Source: Mycolicibacterium smegmatis (GTDB taxonomy: Bacteria > Actinomycetota > Actinomycetes > Mycobacteriales > Mycobacteriaceae). Taken from it: DNA of 32,000 bases. The stretch is taken from assembly GCF_001457595.1 (NCBI RefSeq), contig NZ_LN831039.1, forward strand, positions 1,290,001 through 1,322,000, in the 5' to 3' direction. Shown here one piece after another: positions 17,934 through 26,124 of this stretch (position 1 is the stretch's first letter; each line of letters begins with the position of its first letter). The position numbers and the translations under genes were made by a program. The notes beneath the pieces were generated by a model. That model saw only the letters and a list, made by a program, of their open reading frames with translations, was not told the DNA's origin and did no database searches.

Positions 17934-18143
17934 ATGACGATGATCGCCCGTACCGCTGGTTTCGCCGCCGCTCTCGCCGCCCCCGCCCTGATCTTCCTGG
18001 GCGCCGCGACGGCCGACGCAGAATCCTCGGTGAGCAACTTCGGGCCGTCGGTCACCCACCACGACACGTTCCCGCACCAGGATCACGTACCCACCCCGGG
18101 AACCACGGAGCACCACCACCACCAGTACAACCGCGGACGCTGA
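17934..18143 (+). CDS. Small secreted His-rich protein (69 aa)
   Basis: MTMIARTAGFAAALAAPALIFLGAATADAESSVSNFGPSVTHHDTFPHQDHVPTPGTTEHHHHQYNRGR; signal peptide, RBS CAAAGGAGTCGAA, downstream terminator. Confidence 0.8.
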   Translation: MTMIARTAGFAAALAAPALIFLGAATADAESSVSNFGPSVTHHDTFPHQDHVPTPGTTEHHHHQYNRGR

Positions 18144-18161
18144 GCCGGGGGATAGGGGGGA

Positions 18162-18196
18162 GAGCCCGGACCCACACAGGGTCCGGGCTCTTTTCC
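18162..18196 (+). terminator. Rho-independent terminator
   Basis: GAGCCCGGACCC (18162-18173) / GGGTCCGGGCTC (18179-18190), 5-nt loop, followed by TTTTCC. Confidence 0.9.
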
Positions 18197-18239
18197 TGTT
18201 CACGGACCGTTCGCGCGGCGGGCTCCTAGGGTGGGGAAG

Positions 18240-19601
18240 GTGAGCACCCCGGGGACGCTTCCGCCAGGGCCGCCGCTACCGGCCGTCGTGCAGACCGCGA
18301 TGATGCTGCGGTACTGGTCCCGGTTCGTCTCGGCCTGTCGGCGCCGCTACGGCGACGTGTTCACGCTGCGGATCTCCTCGATGGGCACCTGGGTGTACCT
18401 GGCCGATCCGAACGACATCAAGACCGTGTTCGCCGGGGACCCGACGGTGTTCCACGCCGGTGAGGCCAACTCCATGCTCAGCGGTCTACTGGGCGACACC
18501 TCGGTGCTGGTGATCGACGAGGACGTGCACCGCGACCGGCGTCGCCTCATGCTCGCACCGTTCGCGCGCGACGCCGTCGCCCGCCAGACCGGCGTGATGG
18601 CCGAGGTCGCCGCCGCCAACATCGCGGGTTGGCCCGTCGGCACCCCGTTCCCGGTCGCACCCAAGATGGCCGCGATCGCACTTGAGGTGATCCTGCGGAC
18701 CGTGATCGGCGCGACCGATCCGGCCCGGCTCGCCGCATTGCGCCAGGTCATGCCGCAACTGCTCGGCATCGGACCGTGGCAGTCGCTGGCCGTCGCGAGC
18801 CCCGGTCTGCAACGCCGGCGCCCGTGGCGCACCCTGCAGCGCAACCTCGCCGAGGCCGACCGGCTGCTCTACGCCGAGATCGCCGCGTGCCGGGCCGACC
18901 CCCACCTGGCGTCGCGCCCCGACGCGCTCGCGATGCTGGTGCGCGCCGCCAACGACGACGGCCGCACCATGACAGACCGGGAACTGCGCGATCAGCTGAT
19001 GACGCTGCTGGTCGCCGGTCACGAGACCACCGCGACCGGGCTGTCGTGGACACTCGAACGGCTCATCCGCCACCCGGCGGTCCTGGACAAGGCCGTGGCC
19101 GCCGCGCGCTCCGACAAGGGCTCCGGCGAGGCCTACCTCGACGCGGTGGTGCGCGAATCCCTGCGCATCCGCCCCGTGGTGTTCGAGGCCGGCCGCGTGC
19201 TCACCGAACCCGTCGAACTGGGCGGATACCTCCTGCCGGCCGGGACATTGGTCGCGCCGAGCATCGGACTGGTGCACGCCAGCGCCGACGTCTATCCCGA
19301 CCCGGACCGGTTCGAACCGGACCGCATGCTGGCGTCCACCCAGACACCCAGCACGTGGCTGCCGTTCGGCGGCGGGAACCGCCGCTGTCTCGGCGCCACG
19401 TTCGCGCTCGTCGAGATGCGCGTTGTGCTGCGCGAAATCCTGCGCCGTGTCGACCTTTTCGCCACCACCGCGCGCGGTGAGAAGCAACGGCTCAAGCACG
19501 TCACGATGATCCCGCACCGCGGCGGGCGGATCTGTGTGCGGGGGCTCCGGGATGTGGCACCGGCTCCGATGACCTGTCCGGCTGAGGCGCGGCGTGCGTG
19601 A
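18240..19601 (+). CDS. Cytochrome P450
   Basis: LLVAGHETTATGLSW (I-helix), ESLRI (ExxR), FGGGNRRCLGATFA (heme-Cys motif). Confidence 0.95.
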   Translation: MSTPGTLPPGPPLPAVVQTAMMLRYWSRFVSACRRRYGDVFTLRISSMGTWVYLADPNDIKTVFAGDPTVFHAGEANSMLSGLLGDTSVLVIDEDVHRDRRRLMLAPFARDAVARQTGVMAEVAAANIAGWPVGTPFPVAPKMAAIALEVILRTVIGATDPARLAALRQVMPQLLGIGPWQSLAVASPGLQRRRPWRTLQRNLAEADRLLYAEIAACRADPHLASRPDALAMLVRAANDDGRTMTDRELRDQLMTLLVAGHETTATGLSWTLERLIRHPAVLDKAVAAARSDKGSGEAYLDAVVRESLRIRPVVFEAGRVLTEPVELGGYLLPAGTLVAPSIGLVHASADVYPDPDRFEPDRMLASTQTPSTWLPFGGGNRRCLGATFALVEMRVVLREILRRVDLFATTARGEKQRLKHVTMIPHRGGRICVRGLRDVAPAPMTCPAEARRA

Positions 19602-20655
19602 CCAGCGAGGGGTACGGAGCGGCCTGACGCGGGCCGTGCTGGCGGTCGCCGCGAGCCTGCTGCTCGTGATCGCCTGCACGCAGGACGTCGAATCCCGTGG
19701 TGAACCCGCGGGCGGGCCTCCGGCCATCGCCACCGACCTGGACGTGCCCTGGGGCATCGCATTTCTGCCCGACGGCAGCGCGCTGATCGCCGAACGAGAC
19801 AGTGCCGCAATCAAACACCTCACCGCGCCCGGCGACGTCGGGCAGATCGGTGCGGTGCCCGGCGTCGCGCCGCGCGGCGAAGGTGGTCTGCTCGGCCTGG
19901 CGACCGCCGGCGCGAACGTCTACGCCTACCTCACCACCGGCGGCGACAACCGCGTCGTCGCGATGCGCTACGCCGACGGCGCGCTGACCAACCCGGCGCC
20001 GATTCTCACCGGCATCCCCGCCGGGTCGCGTCACGACGGCGGACGCATTGCGTTCGGCCCCGACGGCAAGCTCTACGTCGCGACCGGCGAGATCGCGAAT
20101 CCACCGCTCGCGCAGGACCGAACATCGTTGGCGGGCAAGATCCTTCGCGTCAACCCTGATGGTTCCGTGCCAGCGGACAACCCGTTTCCCGGATCGCCGG
20201 TGTGGTCCTACGGGCACCGCAACATCCAGGGACTGGCGTGGGACGCCGCGGGACGGTTGTGGGCCACCGAGTATGGCGCCGACCGGGTCGACGAGCTGAA
20301 CCTGATCCGTCCCGGCGCCAACTACGGGTGGCCCGAAGCGGAGGGCCGCGCCGGTATCGAGGGCATGGTCGACCCGGTGGTCGAGTGGGGCACCGGTGAG
20401 GCCTCGCCGTCGGGTCTGGCGTTCTACGGCGGATCGCTGTGGGTGGCGGCCCTGCGCGGGGAGCGGCTGTTCCAGATCCCGGTGGCGGGCGACGGGACCG
20501 TCGGCACCCCGGCGCCGCTGTTCGTCGGGCAGTACGGGCGCCTGCGCACCGTGGTGGCCGCACCCGACGGTTCGCTGTGGTTCACCACGAGCAACCGTGA
20601 CGGACGAGGCAGCGTTCGCGCCGGTGACGACCGGATTCTGCAGTTCCGGCCGTAA
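19594..20655 (+). CDS. LppZ-like lipoprotein / PQQ-type sugar dehydrogenase fold (beta-propeller)
   Basis: Lipobox-like LLLVIACTQ; DLDVPWGIAFLPDGSALIAERD, GPDGKLYVATGE, GHRNIQGLAWDAAGRLWATEYGADRVDELN. Confidence 0.88.
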   Translation: MRDQRGVRSGLTRAVLAVAASLLLVIACTQDVESRGEPAGGPPAIATDLDVPWGIAFLPDGSALIAERDSAAIKHLTAPGDVGQIGAVPGVAPRGEGGLLGLATAGANVYAYLTTGGDNRVVAMRYADGALTNPAPILTGIPAGSRHDGGRIAFGPDGKLYVATGEIANPPLAQDRTSLAGKILRVNPDGSVPADNPFPGSPVWSYGHRNIQGLAWDAAGRLWATEYGADRVDELNLIRPGANYGWPEAEGRAGIEGMVDPVVEWGTGEASPSGLAFYGGSLWVAALRGERLFQIPVAGDGTVGTPAPLFVGQYGRLRTVVAAPDGSLWFTTSNRDGRGSVRAGDDRILQFRP

Positions 20656-20698
20656 CGCGTGCCATGGCGGGTTTGCGCGGTACGACATGATGGAGGGC

Positions 20699-21364
20699 AT
20701 GGACACAACACGGGTGAAGCGGCCAGTGCGTGCCCTCGGGGTGCTCATGGGCGCGGTGATGGCGCTGCTGATGTGCGCGCCCAGCGGCGTCGCACAGGCA
20801 GCCCCAGCCGAGACCGCGCGGGACGTGATCTCCATCGGGGATCCCGGCGCACCCGGTCAGATCGAGCTTTTCGTCGACCCGTTGTGCCCGTTCAGCGGCA
20901 AGATGATCCAGCAGCAGGGCGCCGAGATCGGCAGGCGTATCGAGAACGGATCGCTGCACGTCAACCTGCGGTTCGTGAACTTCCTCGAAAGGCTCTCTGC
21001 CAGCGGCACATACGACAGCCGTGCCATCTACGCGGCGTTCGCCGTCGCCGGCTACTCCCGCGACAGCGGCGTGACGTGGCGCTTCATCGAACAGATCTTC
21101 TCGGCCGAGCAGCAGCCCAAAGAGCAGGGGAACACCGACCTCAGCAACGACCAGCTGGCCGGGCTCGCCGACCGTGCCGGCGCACCGCGGCTGGCGCAGG
21201 ACCTGATCCGGCTCGGCCTGTTCGTCGGCTACGACCCCGTCGCTATCGCCAACAGCAACCAGGCCGCACTGCGGCAGTTCGCCGAGCCCGGCGTGCCGAC
21301 CGTCCTGATCGACGGCCGGCCCTACGACGGCAACTCCGACTGGATGTCGCGGCTGCCGCGCTGA
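20699..21364 (+). CDS. Secreted DsbA/thioredoxin-fold protein with single cysteine (CPFS)
   Basis: GGAGGG before ATG 20699; signal peptide; IELFVDPLCPFSGKM and cis-Pro motif GVPTVLIDG. Confidence 0.8.
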   Translation: MDTTRVKRPVRALGVLMGAVMALLMCAPSGVAQAAPAETARDVISIGDPGAPGQIELFVDPLCPFSGKMIQQQGAEIGRRIENGSLHVNLRFVNFLERLSASGTYDSRAIYAAFAVAGYSRDSGVTWRFIEQIFSAEQQPKEQGNTDLSNDQLAGLADRAGAPRLAQDLIRLGLFVGYDPVAIANSNQAALRQFAEPGVPTVLIDGRPYDGNSDWMSRLPR

Positions 21365-21598
21365 AGGGTGTTGTCGGGCGGATCTCGCTCGTAAGTTGCA
21401 TCGGCCCCTGGGCAGGGAATCATGCGGTTGCTGTGCTTGCTTAGGAGCGACAAACGACCTGCTACACCGCTCGTACGCTGTCCGGGAATCCGAAAACTGC
21501 CCGTCGGCCGGCATGTTCCGGCAACTCAAATTGGTGTGAGGTGGGGCGGTGCTGTCACGGGATACTTGAACTTGACGCGACGTTGCAGGAGGTAATTG

Positions 21599-21883
21599 AT
21601 GGAGGTCGATCCGCAGATTCTGAGGGCCTTGGCCGGACAAGTCGACGCAGCCGGCACGGTGATCTCGTCGGCGGATGTCGGGGGTAAGACCGTGTCCGCC
21701 GCTGACGGCCTGCCAGGTTCGACCACTCAATGGGCCACAAGGGCTGTTGGCGAACACTTCTCATCGATCGCGTCGAAGCTGGCGGAGAACGTGACCAAGA
21801 TGGGGAAGGCGGTTCGTGGCGCAGGTGATGCGTTCGAGGTCACCGATGACTCGCTTGCCAGCGACTTCGACGGGCTGTTCTAG
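21599..21883 (+). CDS. EspC-like/DUF2580-type ESX secretion-associated protein (94 aa)
   Basis: RBS AGGAGG; MEVDPQILRALAGQVDAAGTVISSADV...LPGSTTQWATRAVGEHFSSIASKLAENVTKMGKAVRGAGDAFEVTDDSLASDF, an all-helical WXG100-superfamily-like protein. Confidence 0.75.
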   Translation: MEVDPQILRALAGQVDAAGTVISSADVGGKTVSAADGLPGSTTQWATRAVGEHFSSIASKLAENVTKMGKAVRGAGDAFEVTDDSLASDFDGLF

Positions 21884-21885
21884 AA

Positions 21886-23256
21886 GTGCTTCCTTCACGT
21901 TCTACGTTGACGAGCTGGAATCCCGAATCTCTAGGTGCCTCTGCATCGTCAATTGACACTGCAGCACAATCTGTGGCTGGAGCGGTGCGCGGGATCGACC
22001 AAGCCTGTCAGGAAATGCCCGTGACCCAATCGTGGTCGGGCAAGTCCCATGAGGCGGCGGCAGCCATGTTCAAACGTGCCGACCGTGATGCCGCGAAATT
22101 CTCCGGCTACGCGAACGGTGTCGCTGCTGCGCTCAGGGGTGGTGCGGAATCGATCGGGTCCGCGCGGAGCGCGCTACTTGCGAAGGCGGAGCAGCTAGAC
22201 ACTGGGCCTCTCAACGTCACGGATCAGTGGGTGGTACTGATTGACCCTGCATACATGTCGGCCGACGAATTGGCGAAGCTACAAGAACTGGCTATGGAGG
22301 AGCAGGGTGTCGTGAACCGTATGCTCAGTGCCGTTGGTGACGCGGACGAAGCGACCGCGAACGCGGTGTCCTCTGCGGGAAAAGAGTTTGGGTTCGTCGA
22401 GCCAGGACCGCCGAAGACGGGCCTCGACTTGATTGTTCCGTCAGCCCAACGACCAACTGATCAGGTTCCGGACCCGAGAACTCCAATCGGGGTAATCGGC
22501 CAGGAAGCGATCAGGTCAGCTGATGAACAGCAGAACATCCGAGAAATCACGAAGTCAACGAACGAACACGGCGAAGAACTGACGACTGTGATCAAGCAGG
22601 ATGGCAGCAAGTCGGTTCTGAAGCGCATGAATCCGTTCGACTGGCCGAGCAAGCAGAACTTTTATCAGATCGAGGAGTACGACAAAAACGGTGACTTCGT
22701 CGCGCGGACTAGTTCTTGGCACAGCGCTGGCAACGACTGCGACTACACATCAATCACATACGCCGATAACTCCAATCTCACGATGTCTATGGACTCATCG
22801 GGGCATCGGACCGTGGGATTTACAACTGCCGAGGGTCATCACAGTCAAGTACCTGTCGACTTGATCGACAGAATGTCGACGTCGACCGGTGCAGCGATGT
22901 CCGGGTTGGAGAAGCACATAGGGCGTGGCGGTTCGCTGCCGATGGTGACCGCAGAATCTGTCGAAAACATCGGAAAAAATCTGAAATGGGGTGGCCCAGC
23001 CCTTACCGCAGCGACCACGGTATTCGACATGGCGATGGCTGAATCAGGTAAAGACAGGTGCATTGCGCTTGTCGCGGGCGTGGCTGGCGGTGGTGGTGGC
23101 TGGGGCGCGGCAGAATTCGGGGCCTGGGTCGGCGCATTCGGCGGTCCCGTTGCGCCTGTCACCGTTCCCGCCGGCGCCCTCGCATTTGGGCTTGTGGGTG
23201 GTTTCGGTGGTTCTAAGCTCGGTCAGTTCATTGGAGAGGTCGTATGTCCGTCCTGA
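21886..23256 (+). CDS. WXG100-domain large protein with C-terminal glycine-zipper-like hydrophobic segment; candidate type VII secreted effector
   Basis: N-term LTSWNPESLGASASSIDTAAQSVAGAVRGIDQACQEMPVTQSWSGKSHEAAAAMFKRAD (WXG hairpin); Pro-rich linker PDPRTPIG; C-term VAGVAGGGGGWGAAEFGAWVGAFGGPVAPVTVPAGALAFGLVGGFGGSKLGQFIGEVV. Confidence 0.75.
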   Translation: MLPSRSTLTSWNPESLGASASSIDTAAQSVAGAVRGIDQACQEMPVTQSWSGKSHEAAAAMFKRADRDAAKFSGYANGVAAALRGGAESIGSARSALLAKAEQLDTGPLNVTDQWVVLIDPAYMSADELAKLQELAMEEQGVVNRMLSAVGDADEATANAVSSAGKEFGFVEPGPPKTGLDLIVPSAQRPTDQVPDPRTPIGVIGQEAIRSADEQQNIREITKSTNEHGEELTTVIKQDGSKSVLKRMNPFDWPSKQNFYQIEEYDKNGDFVARTSSWHSAGNDCDYTSITYADNSNLTMSMDSSGHRTVGFTTAEGHHSQVPVDLIDRMSTSTGAAMSGLEKHIGRGGSLPMVTAESVENIGKNLKWGGPALTAATTVFDMAMAESGKDRCIALVAGVAGGGGGWGAAEFGAWVGAFGGPVAPVTVPAGALAFGLVGGFGGSKLGQFIGEVVCPS

Positions 23257-24017
23257 GTCTTCCGGAACCAGCCGCTTGGCGTAGTGGGCGAACACTGCTT
23301 GTAGTGGCTTTAGCCGGCGCAATAGCAGTCGCGGCGGTATACATCGTTCTGGGTGTAGTCGCAGCAACTCGCGGAAACTATCTCACCACGGCGGTGGCCT
23401 TCGGATGGGCAGCCTTCTTAGTGGCATTCTCTGCAGCGGTCCTGCTCGTCGGACTTGGTCGGACGAAATCCCAATTCGCCAGTGATTCAACGGGGCTGAC
23501 GGTGCTGCCAGATCCAAGGTTCGGCGTGCTCATGCTTGTGGGTCTTGTTGTACTGATCCCCAGCTCTGTGGCGTTCGCGGTGTGCGCACCGTTCGGCGCC
23601 ATCGAGTTCGCTGACTCCAGGGGATTGCAAACGATAGGGGCTGGTTTTGCCGCCATCGTCGCGTTCGTCGCAGTTCTAGGACTGATCACATCCTGGCGGC
23701 GAGGAGGAGTCGGGCACGTCAAATTGACTCCCGCCATGATCGAGACGGTCGACATCCTCACGAAGCGGGTGTGCGAGTGGGACGACGTCATCGACGTCGT
23801 TGATCACGCTGAATCACGAAAAACACGGCGCGCGGTGGTTCTTCGACTGCGCGACGGCAGCGAAGAGGTCATCGATATCGCCGACATCTACCTGCCCCGG
23901 GGCGCGGCCCTTTACTGGCTGGTGCGGCACTATTGGCGGCATCCGGAGGACCGCATGGAGCTAGTAGATTCGCGTGCTCCGGGGCGGCTGCACGACGGTC
24001 GATTCGACATGGGCTGA
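23244..24017 (+). CDS. Multi-TM membrane protein, possible immunity/partner of the upstream effector
   Basis: Overlaps effector 3' end by 13 nt; four predicted hydrophobic helices (TLLVVALAGAIAVAAVYIVLGVV; TTAVAFGWAAFLVAFSAAVLLVGLG; FGVLMLVGLVVLIPSSVAFAVCA; IGAGFAAIVAFVAVLGLI) then cytosolic tail. Confidence 0.7.
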   Translation: MSVLSLPEPAAWRSGRTLLVVALAGAIAVAAVYIVLGVVAATRGNYLTTAVAFGWAAFLVAFSAAVLLVGLGRTKSQFASDSTGLTVLPDPRFGVLMLVGLVVLIPSSVAFAVCAPFGAIEFADSRGLQTIGAGFAAIVAFVAVLGLITSWRRGGVGHVKLTPAMIETVDILTKRVCEWDDVIDVVDHAESRKTRRAVVLRLRDGSEEVIDIADIYLPRGAALYWLVRHYWRHPEDRMELVDSRAPGRLHDGRFDMG

Positions 24018-24082
24018 CGAAGCACAAATGCCTCCGGGCGAAATAGGTTCTGTAACCCGGTTGCCGGGGGCAAACAACCTCA

Positions 24083-25372
24083 CTACGTCAGCGGCGGCAG
24101 CGGGTAGATGATCTGCGCCTGCGCCGAATCCGGCGGTGCGATGGCCTTGACCTGCCCGCCCTGGATCTGCACCAGCATCGGGTCGAGCGCGGTGTTGTTG
24201 TGGAAGTGATCGCCCTCGGTCGCGAACTTGATGGGCCCGTAGAAGGTCTCCATGTCGGTCTGCGCGATCAGGTCGTTGAGCTTGCCGCGCGCGTCCTCCG
24301 ACAACGACGGCGATTCACCGAGTTTTTCGACGGCGGCCTGCAGCACGCGACCGGCGGCGCTGCAGCCCGCGGCGGTGTAGTCCGGCGGCGAACCGTACTT
24401 GTCCTCGAACGCCTTGGCGTAGTCGGCGGCCGAGCCGAACAGGTCGTCGCTGAACGCGGCATTGGGCAGCCACACCGAGATGCCCATCACGCCGTCGGCC
24501 TGGCGGCCCAGCGCCTGCGAGAACGACGCGTCGGTGATGCCGTAGTGCTCGATGATCGCCTTCGGGGTGTATCCCGTCGCGCCCATGGCGCGCACGAAGT
24601 CGACCAGCAGCACATCGTGCCCGCCGACCGCGACGATGTCGGGCCGCTGCGCTGCGACCACCTGCGCCACCGGCGCCAGATCGGCGTTCGGCGGGAACAG
24701 CGAGTAGTGCACCACGTTGAGGTTCGCGGCCTCCGCACCCGCGCGGAAACCCTCGGCGGTGTTGTCGGAGAACGGCTCGTTGGCGCCGACGACGGCCGCG
24801 GTCACCGGCTTGGGGTTGGCGGTGTCGACGATGGACTGCATCGCGCGCGCGGCGGTGGTGTCGACGGCGGGGATGACGCCGTAGGTGAAGGCGGGCTGGT
24901 TCTTCCACACGTTGGGCGATTCGGCCGAGCCCGCGATACACGGGATGCGGTACTTGGCGCAGATCGGGTCCATCGCGAGCTGCACGCCGCTGGTGTAGGC
25001 GCCGAACATGGCGTTGACGCCTTCCTCGGTCGCCAGACGCGACGCCGCGTCGGCGCCGGTGCCGGGATCGCTCTTGCAGTCCTGCACGATCAGCTCGACG
25101 TTGTACTTCTGGTCACCGATCTGCAAGCCGCCCTTGCTGTTCACGGTGTCGGCCCACAGCTGGTAGCCGCGCTGCGCGATCTGACCGCCGGTCGCGGATT
25201 CACCGGAGAGTTCCAGCACGGCGCCCACCTTGAACGTGTCGCTGGCCCCGCCTCCGCCACCGCCGCCGGTGTCGCCGCCGCACGCGGCGAGCAGGCTCGG
25301 GGCGGCCACCACACCGCCGGCGAGCAGGCCGGCTCGGGCGAGGAACACTCGGCGGGGTATGTAGTTGGACAT
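24083..25372 (-). CDS. Branched-chain amino acid-type ABC transporter substrate-binding lipoprotein (LivJ/LivK-like)
   Basis: RRVFLARAGLLAGGVVAAPSLLAACGG lipoprotein signal; FKVGAVLELSGESATGGQIAQRGYQLWADTVNSKGG; start at ATG 25372. Confidence 0.9.
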   Translation of the reverse strand: MSNYIPRRVFLARAGLLAGGVVAAPSLLAACGGDTGGGGGGGASDTFKVGAVLELSGESATGGQIAQRGYQLWADTVNSKGGLQIGDQKYNVELIVQDCKSDPGTGADAASRLATEEGVNAMFGAYTSGVQLAMDPICAKYRIPCIAGSAESPNVWKNQPAFTYGVIPAVDTTAARAMQSIVDTANPKPVTAAVVGANEPFSDNTAEGFRAGAEAANLNVVHYSLFPPNADLAPVAQVVAAQRPDIVAVGGHDVLLVDFVRAMGATGYTPKAIIEHYGITDASFSQALGRQADGVMGISVWLPNAAFSDDLFGSAADYAKAFEDKYGSPPDYTAAGCSAAGRVLQAAVEKLGESPSLSEDARGKLNDLIAQTDMETFYGPIKFATEGDHFHNNTALDPMLVQIQGGQVKAIAPPDSAQAQIIYPLPPLT

Positions 25373-25410
25373 GATCATTCCTCTCCGGTTGCGGTGCAGG
25401 TGAAGGCCGT

Positions 25411-26124
25411 TCAACGGCCTCCCAGATAGAGGTGCATGAGTTCACGGTCGTCGGCGACGTCGGCGGGGGTGCCGTCGAACCGATTGCGCCCGCCCACAAG
25501 GACATACATGCGGTCGGCCACGCGCATGGCCTCGCGGATGTTCTGCTCGATCATCAGCACGCCGACGCCGCGCTGGGCGAGTTCGGCCGCGCGCACCAGC
25601 ACGTCGCCGACGAGTTTGGGGGACAGGCCCGCCGACGGTTCGTCGAACAGCAAAAAGCGTGGGTTGAGCACCAGCGCACGCGCGATCGACAGGATCATCT
25701 GTTCACCGCCCGAGAGCTGACCGGCCGCGACGGTGTAACGCTCACGCAGGCGCGGGAACTCGTCGAGCAGCGTGTCGATGCGCTGGTCCAGTTCCTTCTT
25801 GTCGCGCAGCGTGTAGCCGCCGATGCGCAGGTTCTCCCGCACCGACAAATGCGGGAACACCCCGCCGCCCTGCGGCATCATCGCCACGCCGCGGCCCAGC
25901 GTCTTGTGCGACGGCAGATGCGTGATGTCCTCGTCGTCGATCTGCACCGTCCCCGCCCACGGGTCGATCATCCCGACGATCGCCTTGAGCAGCGTGCTCT
26001 TGCCGCAGCCGTTGGGCCCGAAGATGCACGTGACCTCACCGGTGCGGGCCGTCATCGACACCTCGTGCAGGATCTGCACGCTGCCGTAGCCCGCGTCGAG
26101 GTTCTCGACGGTGATCTCACTCAT
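25411..26124 (-). CDS. livF: ABC transporter ATP-binding protein, LivF-like
   Basis: Walker A GPNGCGKST, signature LSGGEQ, Walker B FLLFDEPSAGLSP; start ATG 26124 (MSEITVENL). Confidence 0.93.
   Translation of the reverse strand: MSEITVENLDAGYGSVQILHEVSMTARTGEVTCIFGPNGCGKSTLLKAIVGMIDPWAGTVQIDDEDITHLPSHKTLGRGVAMMPQGGGVFPHLSVRENLRIGGYTLRDKKELDQRIDTLLDEFPRLRERYTVAAGQLSGGEQMILSIARALVLNPRFLLFDEPSAGLSPKLVGDVLVRAAELAQRGVGVLMIEQNIREAMRVADRMYVLVGGRNRFDGTPADVADDRELMHLYLGGR

Noticed and set aside
19501-20835. 444-aa minus-strand ORF opposite the LppZ-like gene
   Set aside because: Shadow ORF without motifs.
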